Of a DNA stretch of 64,000 bases, positions 1-10,501 are shown one piece after another. The notes beneath the pieces were generated by a model. It did not search any database, had not been told where the DNA came from, and saw nothing but the letters and a program-made list of their open reading frames with translations. This stretch comes from Candidatus Microgenomatus sp. (GTDB lineage: Bacteria; Patescibacteriota; Microgenomatia; UBA8517): the NCBI GenBank assembly GCA_020724585.1, contig DYGS01000001.1, forward strand, positions 358,002 through 422,001, written 5' to 3'. How positions within the stretch are numbered: position 1 is the stretch's first letter; each line of letters opens with the position of its first letter. The translations under genes and the position numbers were made by a program.

Positions 1-2
1 AA

Positions 3-620
3 ACTGTTAAAATAAAAAAGATAGAGTGTTTAAGCCAATTTGGTAATTGCCCGAATGAACTAAAAGGATATTTTGATAAAAACATCGGCAGGTCTTATTG
101 GGATATTAAAAAAGAAATATCTAAAGCTCTAAAGGAAAATGCTTTGGTTTCAGATTTTTTGATTCAGTTTAAACTTCCTAATTCAATAAAAATTGAGCTA
201 GTTTTAAAAGAACCTTGGGCAAGTGTTTTTTTAAATAATGTTTATTATTTTGTAACTGAAGATGGAGTAATTATTCATGCAGATACAAAATCAAATTTGG
301 TCAATTTAAATTTAAGTGAAAATGGCGAATTTAAATTTGGTCAAGAAATTAAGAGCAGTTATTTAAATGCTTTAAAATTGCTTAAGAAGCTGGAATTTAC
401 AAAGTCGGTCAAGACATGCAATATCAAAACGGACGAACTGATTTGTAATATTGACGGTATAGCAGTAAGATTCCCAGTGGAGGGAGATATTGATTATTTG
501 ACAGGAGCTGTCAGATTGATATTTTCACGCTTGAACGAAGGAAAAGAAGGATTTAGAATGGAAGATGTAGCTGAAATTGATTTGAGATTTAAAGATCCGA
601 TATTAAGACTTTTAAAATAA
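3..620 (+). CDS. ftsQ: Cell division protein FtsQ/DivIB-like (5'-truncated by window edge)
   Basis: Frame is open from nt 3. C-terminal EIDLRFKDPI motif. Directly upstream of and overlapping ftsA. Confidence 0.75.
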   Translation, partial: TVKIKKIECLSQFGNCPNELKGYFDKNIGRSYWDIKKEISKALKENALVSDFLIQFKLPNSIKIELVLKEPWASVFLNNVYYFVTEDGVIIHADTKSNLVNLNLSENGEFKFGQEIKSSYLNALKLLKKLEFTKSVKTCNIKTDELICNIDGIAVRFPVEGDIDYLTGAVRLIFSRLNEGKEGFRMEDVAEIDLRFKDPILRLLK

Positions 621-1888
621 TGGCTAAAAATAGAATAATTGCAGGAATTGAACTTGGAAGCAGTAAAACAGCGACTGTTGTTGCTCAGGTTGTAGTCGAT
701 GAAAATTCGCTTTCAGAGGAAATTAATATCATTGGGGTCTCTTCAGTCGAATCAAAAGGGGTTAAAAAGGGTCAGATTGTAAATATTGAGGAATCGGTTG
801 AGTCGACTGTTAATTCCATTGAGGCGGCAGAAAGAATGGCGGGGCATAATATCGATTCAGCTTTTGTTGCTCTCGGCGGTGCTCATATTACATCGCTTAA
901 TTCTCACGGAGTAGTTGCGATTTCCGGCCAAAACGGAGAGATAGCAAGACCTGATGTGGATAGGGTAATTGAAGCCGCTTCAGCAATATCGCTTCCCAAT
1001 AGTCGCGAGGTTGTCCATGTTTTACCTAGAGAATATATTGTTGATGGCGAATCGGGAGTCAAAGACCCAATTGGAATGAGCGGCGTCAGACTCGAGGTTG
1101 AAACTCATGTTGTAACAGGTTCAAGCGCGGCAATCAAAAATCTTTCAAAATCGTTAAACGAATCAGGAGTAAAAATCGAGGATATGGTATATTCCGGCTT
1201 GGCTTCGTCTTATGCTGTTTTAACTGATACTGAAAAGGAGCTGGGCTGTTGTTTAATTGATATCGGAGGCGGTACTACATCTGTAATCGTCTATATAGAT
1301 GGTGCAGTAAGCTATTCAGGAGTTATTCCGATCGGTGCTAAAAATGTAACCAATGATATTGCAATTGGTTTGAGAGTTTCTCTAGAATCGGCTGAAAAAA
1401 TTAAAATATCGCTTTCTAAAGAGAAAAAGCAAGATAAAGAGGCAAAAGATGAGCTGGATCTGGAATCTTTAGGAATTGCTGAAGTCAGTAAAGTCTCTAA
1501 AAAAACTTTGGTCGAAGGAATAATCAAGCCCAGGCTCAATGAAATTTTTACAATGGTTAGGCTTGAACTTGAGAGAGAGAAGATATTAAATAGGATCCCC
1601 TCGGGTATTGTTGTTACGGGCGGCGGCGCAAAAACTATAGGTGTTGCGGAATCTGCCAAGCGAATGCTGATGCTCCCCGTTAGAATTGGCATACCAGTGG
1701 GTATATCAGGTTTAGTTGATGATTGCTTGGACCCTGTTTTTTCAACCCCGATAGGGCTTTTACTATATGCTGTAAAACAAGGCGTGGAGAGTGAAGAGTA
1801 CGGGATTAAGTTTCCTGTCAAACTAAATCTGCCAGGCAAGGGCTTGATTAATAAATTGGTTGAATCGATTAAAGATTTACTGCCTTAA
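620..1888 (+). CDS. ftsA: Cell division protein FtsA
   Basis: GIELGSSK, DIGGGTT and VVTGGGA actin-fold motifs. Lies between ftsQ and ftsZ. Confidence 0.97.
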   Translation: MAKNRIIAGIELGSSKTATVVAQVVVDENSLSEEINIIGVSSVESKGVKKGQIVNIEESVESTVNSIEAAERMAGHNIDSAFVALGGAHITSLNSHGVVAISGQNGEIARPDVDRVIEAASAISLPNSREVVHVLPREYIVDGESGVKDPIGMSGVRLEVETHVVTGSSAAIKNLSKSLNESGVKIEDMVYSGLASSYAVLTDTEKELGCCLIDIGGGTTSVIVYIDGAVSYSGVIPIGAKNVTNDIAIGLRVSLESAEKIKISLSKEKKQDKEAKDELDLESLGIAEVSKVSKKTLVEGIIKPRLNEIFTMVRLELEREKILNRIPSGIVVTGGGAKTIGVAESAKRMLMLPVRIGIPVGISGLVDDCLDPVFSTPIGLLLYAVKQGVESEEYGIKFPVKLNLPGKGLINKLVESIKDLLP

Positions 1889-2001
1889 GGTTTGCATTGG
1901 TGCTTGATTATTGACAATTTTCTTGTAAAGTTTGACTAGAGGCTTATTATGTATATAATGCTTCTAGAATTCTGCCCCATTTTTTAAATTAAGGAATATT
2001 T

Positions 2002-3162
2002 ATGGCTTTAGTAAAACCTGATTCTGCAAGAATTGCAAAAATAAAAGTAATTGGTGTTGGCGGCGGCGGCGGGAATGCCGTTTCTTCAATGGTTGAAAAC
2101 GCGGCAATTTCAGGTGTTGAGTTTATAGCGGCCAATACAGACGCACAAGTTCTTCTTACAAATAAAGCTCCGACAAAAATCCAGATTGGGGAGAAAATTA
2201 CAAAGGGATTGGGAGTTGGCGGAAATCCTGAAATTGGCGCACAAGCGGCTGAGGAATCGATTGAAAAAATTAAAGATTTAATGATAGATACCGATATGGT
2301 TTTTGTGACCGCGGGAATGGGAGGAGGAACGGGAACAGGAGCGGCGCCGGTTATTGCCAAAATAGCCAGGGATTCGGGGGCTTTAACTGTTGGAATAGTC
2401 ACAAAGCCTTTTGCTTTTGAAGGTACAAGAAGAGCAGTCGCGGCCGAAGAAGGCATTGAAAAGTTAAGAGAGGCAGTTGACACTTTAATAGTTATTCCAA
2501 ATCAGAGACTGATGGATGTCATTGATAGAAAAATGAGCCTGGTAGATGCCTTCAAGGTAGTTGATTCTGTTTTGGAGCAGGGAGTTTCTGGTATTGCGGA
2601 AATCATAACAACTCCCGGGCTTGTCAATGTTGATTTTGCCGATGTCAAAACAATTATGAGCCAAGCAGGAACTGCACTTTTGGGAATTGGAACGGGTGTT
2701 GGTGAAAATAGGGCCCAAATGGCCGCCCGAGCGGCGGTTTCTTCTCCTCTTTTGGATTTATCTATTGAGGGGGCAAGAGGTGTTTTGTTTAACATTGCAG
2801 GCGGTAAAGACATGACCATGTTTGAGGTTGACGAGGCTGCCAAGACAATATCTCAGGCGGCGGATCAAGACGCAAATATTATATTTGGAGCAGTTATTAA
2901 AGATGATCTAATTGATCAGATTAGAATAACCGTAATTGCAACTGGATTTGACGAAACCCGCTCAAGAATTGCCCAAATGAGGACAAGCGGCACAAGACCT
3001 GTCATTCAGGGGGTAGTATCTGAGCAGATTAAGAATGAAGAATTAAAAAATAACAAAGGGAGCATAGCAGACGATACAAAAGACTATGAAATAACAGACG
3101 AAAAAGACGATATTTTCGGCGAAAAATTCGACATCCCCGCGTTCCTCCGCAAGGGTAGATAA
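2002..3162 (+). CDS. ftsZ: Cell division protein FtsZ
   Basis: GVGGGGGNA, tubulin signature [10 protein letters not shown]-terminal FDIPAFLRK. Confidence 0.99.
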   Translation: MALVKPDSARIAKIKVIGVGGGGGNAVSSMVENAAISGVEFIAANTDAQVLLTNKAPTKIQIGEKITKGLGVGGNPEIGAQAAEESIEKIKDLMIDTDMVFVTAGMGGGTGTGAAPVIAKIARDSGALTVGIVTKPFAFEGTRRAVAAEEGIEKLREAVDTLIVIPNQRLMDVIDRKMSLVDAFKVVDSVLEQGVSGIAEIITTPGLVNVDFADVKTIMSQAGTALLGIGTGVGENRAQMAARAAVSSPLLDLSIEGARGVLFNIAGGKDMTMFEVDEAAKTISQAADQDANIIFGAVIKDDLIDQIRITVIATGFDETRSRIAQMRTSGTRPVIQGVVSEQIKNEELKNNKGSIADDTKDYEITDEKDDIFGEKFDIPAFLRKGR

Positions 3163-3177
3163 TTTTTAATTTTTTTA

Positions 3178-3186
3178 TGTTATAAT
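3178..3186 (+). promoter_or_regulatory. Extended -10 promoter of the ileS leader
   Basis: TGtTATAAT about 7 nt before the first T-box stem. Confidence 0.6.
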
Positions 3187-3191
3187 TGATT

Positions 3192-3370
3192 AAAGCAATA
3201 AAGAGTAATCAACTCTTTGCTAAAGGAAGAAATCCTTTTTATAGCATGTGGAAAGGAAATTAGAACCTTTCGGGTAAGCCCGTAACAGCAGATTAAAGGA
3301 AGAAAATTAAGCGAAGCTTGTTTCTTCGAAATAAGGTGGTACCGCGTCTTCATATAAAAGTCGCCCTTTA
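3192..3370 (+). ncRNA. T-box riboswitch (Ile specifier) upstream of ileS
   Basis: T-box AAGGTGGTACCGCG (3333-3346) pairs with CGCCCTT (3362-3368). Stem II and IIA/B-like region (CGGGtaagCCCGTAAC) present. AUC lies in the loop of the first hairpin. Confidence 0.88.
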
Positions 3371-3394
3371 AATAATATATAATTTATTTAAGCC

Positions 3395-6298
3395 ATGGCG
3401 AAAAAACAATATTTTGAAAGTATAAACTCAATGTCAGATTTTCCCGCAATGGAAAAAGAAATACTTGAGCATTGGTACAAAGATGGCATAGTTAAAAAAT
3501 ACCTAGACAAAAACAAAAATTCAGATAAGTATTTTTCTTTTCAGGATGGACCAATAACTGCTAATAACCCAATGGGTGTTCACCATGCATGGGGTAGAAC
3601 ATATAAAGATTTGTGGCCAAGATTTAAAAGCATGCAAGGTTATAAACAAAGGCACCAGAACGGATTCGACTGTCAAGGGTTGTGGGTTGAAGTTGAAGTG
3701 GAAAAAGAGCAAGGATTTAAAACAAAAAAAGATATTGAAAAGTTTGGAGTTGATAAATTCGTTGCGCTTTGTAAAGAGAGAGTTAAAAAATACTCAGGAA
3801 TTCAAACAGAACAAAGTAAACGATTAGGTTATTTTGCAGATTGGGATCACTCTTACTACACATTGTCAGATGACAACAATTACATGATTTGGCACTTTCT
3901 AAAAGTTGTTCATGAAAATGGTTGGCTCTATAAAGGTAATGGCTCAGTCCCATGGTGCCCCAGATGTGAAACCGCCATTAGTCAACATGAGATGCTAACT
4001 GAAGACTACAAAGAAGCAACACATGAATCAATTTATATGAATTTATCGGTTGTTGACTCAGACGAATATTTACTTGTTTGGACAACAACTCCTTGGACAA
4101 TACCTGCAAATATTGCTGTTGCAGTTGACAAAAAACTCGAATATTCATTAGTTGATGTTGATAACAAAAAGTGTTGGCTGGCAACTGAAGCTGTTGAAAG
4201 AGTTTTGAAGGGTAAAGTATATAAAAAGATTAAAAATGTTAAGGGAAGTGAACTTGTTGGAAAAAAATACAAAGGTGTATTTGATGATTTTCATGCTGTT
4301 AAAAAAGTTGCAGGAGATAAACTATTCCATACTGTAGTTGCAACGGATGATTTAATAATGCCAATCACAACAACAGAAGGAACTGGAATGGTCCATACAG
4401 CAGTGTCGGCTGGCACAGAAGACTTTAATTTGGGTAAAAAACTAGGACTTCCAATGATTCCAGTAATTAATGATGATGCCTCGTACATGGAGGGTTTTGA
4501 TTTTCTGACAGGCCGAAACGCTAAAGACAACCCAAGACTTATTCTTGATTACATAGAAGAAAATGGGTTTGCCTTTAAGATTGAAAAATACACCCATAGA
4601 TATCCTGCCTGTTGGAGATGTAAACAAGAACTTGTTTGGAAAGTTACTGATGAATGGTACATTGCAATGGACAAGAAAAGCATTAAAGAGCCAGAAAAAC
4701 CAACTTTGCGTGAAAGAATGATTGAGGTTGCTAAAAAAATTAATTGGATTCCAGAATTTGGGTTAAAAAGAGAACTGGACTGGTTAAACAATATGCATGA
4801 TTGGTTGATTAGTAAAAAGAATAGATATTGGGGACTAGCTCTTCCGATTTGGGAATGTAACTCTTGTGGAAACTTTGAAGTAATTGGTGGAAAAGAAGAG
4901 TTAAAAGAAAAAGCCCATTCAGGTTGGGATGTAATGGAAGGTAAATCGCCACACAAACCTCAGATTGATGAAGTTAAAATTAAATGTAGTAAATGTAGCG
5001 AAGTATGTTCAAGAATTGAACCAGTTGGTAATCCATGGTTGGATGCTGGAATAGTTCAGTTTTCAACAATATCAGAAAATAATTTAGCCAGTAATTTTGA
5101 AGTAACAGACACAAAACCACTTTATTTAACAAACAAAGAACAGTGGAGAAAATGGTTCCCAGTAGATTTCATCACTGAAAGTTTTCCAGGACAGTTTAAA
5201 AATTGGTTTTACTCAATGATTGCAATGAGCACAGTTTTGGAAAATGAGAATCCATTTAAAACTGTTTTAGGTTTTGCAACACAATTAGGTGAAGATGGTC
5301 GAGCAATGCACAAATCATGGGGTAACGCTATTGAATTTAACGAGGCAGCAGACAAAATAGGAGCCGATGTTATGAGATGGATGTTTGCAAGACAAGACCC
5401 ATCTCAAAATATGCTTTTTGGTTATAAATCAGCAGATGAAACAAGAAGACGATTTCATTTGAAGCTTTGGAATATCTATAATTTCTTTGTTACTTACGCC
5501 AATTTAGATTTTTGGAATCCAAAAAATGATGTACAAGAAAGTAAAGAAGTTCTTGATTTGTGGTTGAATGCTAGACTTAAAGAAGTAGTGGGTGGTGTTA
5601 CAAATAGTTTAAACCAATATGATGCCTACAATGCAAGTTCATTAATTGAAAAATTCGTAGATGATTTTTCAGTTTGGTATATCAGAAGATCAAGAGGTAG
5701 AAGAGATTCTAATTTTTACTCTACAACTTACAATGCACTTAAGACACTTTCTTTGATCTTGGCACCATTTAATCCATTTATCTCAGATTTGATTTACAAG
5801 AATCTTACCAAAGAGGAAAGTGTTCATTTAGCTTCATGGCCAGTTGTTGATAGTTTAAATAAGAATGAAGCTTTATTGATTGATGAAATGAAAAAATTAA
5901 GAGAGGTTGTTGAAATTGGACATAGTTTAAGGAAAGAAAATAATATTGCATTAAGACAGCCTCTTTCTAAATTAAAAATTAAAAATTCAAAATTAAAAAT
6001 TGAGGGTCTGGAAAGACTTATTTTGGATGAGTTAAACATAAAATCAATAATATGGGGCAGTAAAAAAACAGAATTAGACCTTAATATAACTCCAGAACTG
6101 GTAGAAGAGGCAAAAACACGGGAATTAATCAGAAAAATACAGGCTACAAGAAAAGAGCTTGGGGTCTCTCTTGATTCAAAAATTAGCTTGACAACAGATT
6201 GGATGCCTAAAAGTACCAAGCTTAGAAATCTGATACTTGCCAAGACTTTGACCAAAGAGGTTAAAAAGGGTGAATTTAGTGTATCATTAGTCAAATGA
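3395..6298 (+). CDS. ileS: Isoleucyl-tRNA synthetase, type 2
   Basis: DGPITAN...GVHH, GFDCQGL, WTTTPWT and AMHKSWGN motifs. T-box upstream. Confidence 0.96.
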   Translation: MAKKQYFESINSMSDFPAMEKEILEHWYKDGIVKKYLDKNKNSDKYFSFQDGPITANNPMGVHHAWGRTYKDLWPRFKSMQGYKQRHQNGFDCQGLWVEVEVEKEQGFKTKKDIEKFGVDKFVALCKERVKKYSGIQTEQSKRLGYFADWDHSYYTLSDDNNYMIWHFLKVVHENGWLYKGNGSVPWCPRCETAISQHEMLTEDYKEATHESIYMNLSVVDSDEYLLVWTTTPWTIPANIAVAVDKKLEYSLVDVDNKKCWLATEAVERVLKGKVYKKIKNVKGSELVGKKYKGVFDDFHAVKKVAGDKLFHTVVATDDLIMPITTTEGTGMVHTAVSAGTEDFNLGKKLGLPMIPVINDDASYMEGFDFLTGRNAKDNPRLILDYIEENGFAFKIEKYTHRYPACWRCKQELVWKVTDEWYIAMDKKSIKEPEKPTLRERMIEVAKKINWIPEFGLKRELDWLNNMHDWLISKKNRYWGLALPIWECNSCGNFEVIGGKEELKEKAHSGWDVMEGKSPHKPQIDEVKIKCSKCSEVCSRIEPVGNPWLDAGIVQFSTISENNLASNFEVTDTKPLYLTNKEQWRKWFPVDFITESFPGQFKNWFYSMIAMSTVLENENPFKTVLGFATQLGEDGRAMHKSWGNAIEFNEAADKIGADVMRWMFARQDPSQNMLFGYKSADETRRRFHLKLWNIYNFFVTYANLDFWNPKNDVQESKEVLDLWLNARLKEVVGGVTNSLNQYDAYNASSLIEKFVDDFSVWYIRRSRGRRDSNFYSTTYNALKTLSLILAPFNPFISDLIYKNLTKEESVHLASWPVVDSLNKNEALLIDEMKKLREVVEIGHSLRKENNIALRQPLSKLKIKNSKLKIEGLERLILDELNIKSIIWGSKKTELDLNITPELVEEAKTRELIRKIQATRKELGVSLDSKISLTTDWMPKSTKLRNLILAKTLTKEVKKGEFSVSLVK

Positions 6299-7323
6299 GA
6301 TTTGACTTAAAACTGATAATTCCGTGCCTTCTACTTTTAATTTTTGGGATAATAATTCTAAACTCTATAAGCCCCACACTTTTCCCTGATTATTATTGGT
6401 TTTATGCAGTTGGAGTTATTGCTTTTATTTTTTTTGCGATTTTTGATTTTGATATAATTTCGGCTTTTTCTAAATATTTCTATATTTTTTCAATCCTTCT
6501 TTTGGTTTTGGTTTTAATTATAGGTCAGGTGACAAGGGGTACAGTCCGCTGGATTCCAGTTGGCTCTTTCTCTCTTCAGCCGTCCGAAATCGTTAGACCA
6601 TTTTTATTGATTTTTTTTGCAAATTACATAGCAGAAAAGAAGTTGGACATAAAAAGACTTATTAATATTCTGATTTTGATGATTATACCGCTTTTTCTGA
6701 TATTAATTCAGCCATCACTAGGGGTTAGCGCATTAACTGCAGTTGGTTTTTTAGGTTTATTTCTGGCAAGTGAAATAAATAAAAAATATTTTTTGTATTT
6801 AGGACTTATAGCTCTTGTTCTTGCTCCTCTTGTCTTTTTAATTTTGGCTCCATATCAAAGGATTAGGGTTTTAAGTTTTTTGGACCCATCCAAAGATCCT
6901 CAAGGAGCAGGCTATAACGCGATTCAGTCAACAATTTCAGTCGGTTCGGGAAAATTTTTAGGCAGGGGATTGGGCAGGGGAGTCGGGACGCAGCTTGCGT
7001 TTTTACCCGAAAGGCAAACTGATTTTATATTTGCATCGGTTGCGGAGGAGATGGGATTTGTAGGAGCATTTATTTTACTTGGTTTAACTTTCTTTCTTTT
7101 CTTGCAGATTATAAACTACGCTTCAAATTCCATGAGTATTCCCGCAAGATTATTTTTGGGAGGAGTTTTTTTGACTCTTTTCGCTCAAGTTGTGGTTCAT
7201 GTGGGGATGAATATGGGCTTATTTCCAATTACAGGCGTTCCCTATCCGCTTGTTTCAGCCGGCGGCTCCTCCCTTCTTGCAACCCTAATTACACTTGGAG
7301 TTGTAAATGGCACAAAAAAATAA
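6295..7323 (+). CDS. rodA: SEDS family peptidoglycan polymerase RodA/FtsW
   Basis: RWI..G.FSLQPSE, LPERQTDFIF, EEMGFVG and P.TGVP.P.VS.GGSS motifs. Confidence 0.92.
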   Translation: MRFDLKLIIPCLLLLIFGIIILNSISPTLFPDYYWFYAVGVIAFIFFAIFDFDIISAFSKYFYIFSILLLVLVLIIGQVTRGTVRWIPVGSFSLQPSEIVRPFLLIFFANYIAEKKLDIKRLINILILMIIPLFLILIQPSLGVSALTAVGFLGLFLASEINKKYFLYLGLIALVLAPLVFLILAPYQRIRVLSFLDPSKDPQGAGYNAIQSTISVGSGKFLGRGLGRGVGTQLAFLPERQTDFIFASVAEEMGFVGAFILLGLTFFLFLQIINYASNSMSIPARLFLGGVFLTLFAQVVVHVGMNMGLFPITGVPYPLVSAGGSSLLATLITLGVVNGTKK

Positions 7324-7334
7324 TAGAATAGGGC

Positions 7335-7565
7335 ATGGAAGGATTGTTAAGTAAGATGGCCCAAGAACTTGGAATAGATTTGAGAGAAGTTAGAATAACC
7401 AGAAATGGATTGAGACCAGTTGAGACTAGGACTTTACCACTCGGTCATGGAAAAGGCAGAATGCTTCGCCCTGGGGGAGGCTTTAAGCACTCTAGGAACC
7501 CACATCCTCAAAAGATTGGAAACGGAAGTCATGAGAGAATATCGGAAGGTAATGGGAGTAGGTAA
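7335..7565 (+). CDS. Small basic hypothetical protein
   Basis: 76-aa ORF filling the gap between rodA and rplU, with TAGAAT 5 nt before the ATG. Confidence 0.55.
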   Translation: MEGLLSKMAQELGIDLREVRITRNGLRPVETRTLPLGHGKGRMLRPGGGFKHSRNPHPQKIGNGSHERISEGNGSR

Positions 7566-7570
7566 TAATT

Positions 7571-7885
7571 ATGAAGATAATAAATACTAAATTTGTAGTT
7601 TTGAGGATTTTGGGGAAACAATATAAAGTTTCTGAAGGGCAGGAATTTTTAGTGGATAGACTTGATGGACAGCCTTCTGCTGAAGTTTTACTTTTTGCCC
7701 AAGAAGATAAGGTTCAGGTTGGGACGCCGACTCTTCCAAAAATAAAGGTTGATCTAAAAGTTGTTAATCAGGAAGAGAAAGGTGAAAAAGTTAAAATTTT
7801 CAAATACAAATCAAAAAGCAGATATAGAAGAAGGATGGGCTTTAGGCCAAAATATACAAAATTGCTTCTCGAGAAAATAAAGTAA
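7571..7885 (+). CDS. rplU: 50S ribosomal protein L21
   Basis: GKQYKVSEG and FKYKSKSRYRRRMGFR. Adjacent to rpmA. Confidence 0.95.
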   Translation: MKIINTKFVVLRILGKQYKVSEGQEFLVDRLDGQPSAEVLLFAQEDKVQVGTPTLPKIKVDLKVVNQEEKGEKVKIFKYKSKSRYRRRMGFRPKYTKLLLEKIK

Positions 7886-8014
7886 AAAACTCTAAAACTC
7901 AAATATATCAAAATATAACTTTCTAGTCACTTGACAAGCGTGAAAACTTATACTATATTGCGATATACCAGTACAGAGTACTTAAGTACATAGTACTTAG
8001 AAAAACAAACTAGT

Positions 8015-8269
8015 ATGTCAACACATAAAGCCGCAGGAAAAGCAAGACAGCATGTAAGCCCCGCCGGAAAAAGACTTGGGGTAAAAGTATCTGCAAAACA
8101 AAAAGTTTCTGCTGGTGAAGTTTTGATAAGGCAGAGAGGAACGAAAGTTGGTGCTGGTAAAAATGTAAAAGTAGGCAGAGACCACACGCTTTATTCTGTA
8201 GCTGATGGAATTGTGAAATTTACAACAAAATTGGGAAAAAAGTTTATTAATGTTTTTACTAGTTCCTAA
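8015..8269 (+). CDS. rpmA: 50S ribosomal protein L27
   Basis: KRLGVK...RQRGTK...GRDHTL motifs. Confidence 0.97.
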   Translation: MSTHKAAGKARQHVSPAGKRLGVKVSAKQKVSAGEVLIRQRGTKVGAGKNVKVGRDHTLYSVADGIVKFTTKLGKKFINVFTSS

Positions 8270-8296
8270 TTCCTAGTTTCTAATTACTAATTATAT

Positions 8297-9127
8297 ATGG
8301 CCGAACAAATTGTACAATTAGATATAAATCAGCTCCAGCCAAATCCTCTACAGCCTCGTGGTGCTATTACCCCTGAGAGTTTAGTCGATTTGGTTGATTC
8401 AATAAGAGAGCACGGCATTTTAGAACCTTTAGTGGTTGCCAAGACCCCTGCGGGTTACCAAATTATTGCAGGTGAAAGGCGCTGGAGAGCTAGTAAACTT
8501 GCAGGACTAACACATGTACCTGCAATTATTAGAGAAACTACTCCCAAGGGAATGCTTGAAATGGCCATTGTTGAAAATGTTCAGAGAGTTGATTTGAATG
8601 CGCTTGATAGAGCAAAAGGGTTTGAGAGGTTAATGGATGAGTTTGGTTTGACAACTTCAGAAGTCGCCGTGAGAATTGGCAAATCAGTTGCCTATGTTAG
8701 TAACTCCTTAAGGTTATTGTCACTTCCTGATGCCCTAAAAGATGGCCTGCTTTCAGGACTTATTACTGAAGGCCACGCAAGGGCTCTTTCTGCAATTGAA
8801 GATGTTGAGCTAATGGTTGAGGCCTACAAAATAATTTTGCGTGAATCAGGATCAGTTAGGAGGGCAGAAGAGCTTGCAAGAAGAATGAAAGCTGAAAATA
8901 ATTTGAAGCAAAAAGTAAATCTTCCAAAAATGCATGTCGTAAGCGAGGAAATCGATAAATTAAAAGAAGGGTTTGAAAAGGCTTTGGGTGAGAGACATCA
9001 AGTGAGACTTACGAGGTCGCGAAGAGAGACAAGACTTACATTTATACTAAAGGGAAGTCTTGATGAAACTGAAAATACACTCCAATTACTCTACAAGGCT
9101 GTTGCCGGCCAGGAAAATGTCAATTGA
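8297..9127 (+). CDS. parB: ParB/Spo0J partition protein
   Basis: PNPLQPR, IIAGERRWRA, ENVQRVDL and GHARAL motifs. Confidence 0.95.
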   Translation: MAEQIVQLDINQLQPNPLQPRGAITPESLVDLVDSIREHGILEPLVVAKTPAGYQIIAGERRWRASKLAGLTHVPAIIRETTPKGMLEMAIVENVQRVDLNALDRAKGFERLMDEFGLTTSEVAVRIGKSVAYVSNSLRLLSLPDALKDGLLSGLITEGHARALSAIEDVELMVEAYKIILRESGSVRRAEELARRMKAENNLKQKVNLPKMHVVSEEIDKLKEGFEKALGERHQVRLTRSRRETRLTFILKGSLDETENTLQLLYKAVAGQENVN

Positions 9128-9671
9128 ACTTGTAGACTGGATTTTTAATGAAGCCGCTTTTTGAAAAAGGCCAATAAACTAACCAAGCTTTGCCTGTGAT
9201 GTCCTTTTTGGTAATCGGTCCCCAGGCTCTGGAATCTGAAGAATGGGGCCGGTTGTCTCCGACTACAAAATATTGCCCATCAGGTACAACATATTCTTCA
9301 CTCTCTGAAAGAAACGATCCCCCATTTGTTTGAACTTTTATATAGTCTTCGTCTAATAACTTGTCGTTTATATAAATTTTACCTTGTTTTACAGAGACAG
9401 TTTCGCCAGGAAGCCCAATTACTCGTTTTATAAATTCATCTTCAGAGATAGGAGGCTTAAAAACAATGACATCTCCTCTTTGGGGGTTTCCTTTGTAGTA
9501 GCTTATTTTTTCTGTCAGTAAATATTCACCATCAGGGAAATTTGGGTGCATTGATTGGCCTTTAATTTTATGAGGCCTGAGGATAAGCAGGTAAACAATC
9601 AAAAATATCCCAATTGCAAGGACAATCACTTCTAAAATGTCCATAAAAAAAGCTCCCAGTTTTGCAAACAT
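9120..9671 (-). CDS. lepB: Signal peptidase I
   Basis: GQSMHP, FIKRVIGLPGE and GDNRPHSSDSR motifs. Confidence 0.96.
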   Translation of the reverse strand: MFAKLGAFFMDILEVIVLAIGIFLIVYLLILRPHKIKGQSMHPNFPDGEYLLTEKISYYKGNPQRGDVIVFKPPISEDEFIKRVIGLPGETVSVKQGKIYINDKLLDEDYIKVQTNGGSFLSESEEYVVPDGQYFVVGDNRPHSSDSRAWGPITKKDITGKAWLVYWPFSKSGFIKNPVYKFN

Positions 9672-9748
9672 ACACTAATTATATTTACTAAATGAACCTT
9701 AAAACAAGGACTATTTTTCAAATATGTAGTAAAATTAGCTGAATTATC

Positions 9749-9820
9749 GATCGCTTAGCTCAGCGGTAGAGCACTTCATTCACATTGAAGGGGTCGTAGG
9801 TTCAAATCCTACAGCGATCA
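9749..9820 (+). tRNA. tRNA-Val(CAC)
   Basis: Acceptor GATCGCT/AGCGATC, anticodon arm CTTCA-ttCACat-TGAAG, T-loop TTCAAAT. CCA not encoded. Confidence 0.95.
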
Positions 9821-9949
9821 CAAATGCTTAACCTAAATTTGGATTGAATAAAATCAGTATAGAATTGATCCTGGTACTCTTCGTTGGCGAGTGCGCAACT
9901 TGGTAATTTTTGATAAAATGTGTTTTGGCAGATTTCGCATACTTGCATC

Positions 9950-10501
9950 ATGACAAATATTGAACTTATAAATTTATTACAAAGAATAACAGGTGTTTTG
10001 GGTTATATTTTAATTACCCTGCAGATTTTTTTAAGTACTGATAGAAAATTTGTCAAATATCATAAAATTAATGGGGTAATTGCCTATTCTGTCATATTTT
10101 TACACCCCTTTTTGATGGTATTGTTTAAGTATTTTTATGTATCAGATTTCGACCCCTTTTATGTCTATATAGATATTTGTTTATTGTGCGACGGAAAATA
10201 TGAAATGTTTGTGAATTTTGGCAGGATGGCGTTTTGGATAGTGACGATAACTGCAATAACAGCATTTTTCAGAGGAAAACTTGCAGTGTTTTTAGGTAAA
10301 AAAATTGGAGATTTTATTGATAATAATTGGAGAAAAATACATATATTAAATTATCTGGTTTTTGTATTTGTTTCAATCCACGCCGTAAACATTGGAAGTG
10401 ATGCGCAAGCTTTATGGTTTAAGATAATATTCTGGCTAGGTCAAGCAGTCTTTGTTTATGCAGTTGTTAAGAGAATTAGAGAGCTTATCGTAGCACAATA
10501 G
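9950..10501 (+). CDS. Ferric-reductase-like transmembrane (heme b) protein
   Basis: Several TM helices with spaced His (YHKING, LHP, WRKIHILNY, SIHA). ATG at 9950 preferred over GTG at 9920. Confidence 0.75.
   Translation: MTNIELINLLQRITGVLGYILITLQIFLSTDRKFVKYHKINGVIAYSVIFLHPFLMVLFKYFYVSDFDPFYVYIDICLLCDGKYEMFVNFGRMAFWIVTITAITAFFRGKLAVFLGKKIGDFIDNNWRKIHILNYLVFVFVSIHAVNIGSDAQALWFKIIFWLGQAVFVYAVVKRIRELIVAQ

Noticed and set aside
1312-2843. Antisense ORFs over ftsA/ftsZ (and similar ones over ileS, dnaE, ppsA and uvrA)
   Set aside because: Shadow frames of well-supported genes, with no motifs of their own.
8297-9127. Plasmid or origin region implied by parB
   Set aside because: No parA, dnaA or clear parS palindrome was seen. 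It is a chromosomal Spo0J-type gene among ribosomal protein genes.
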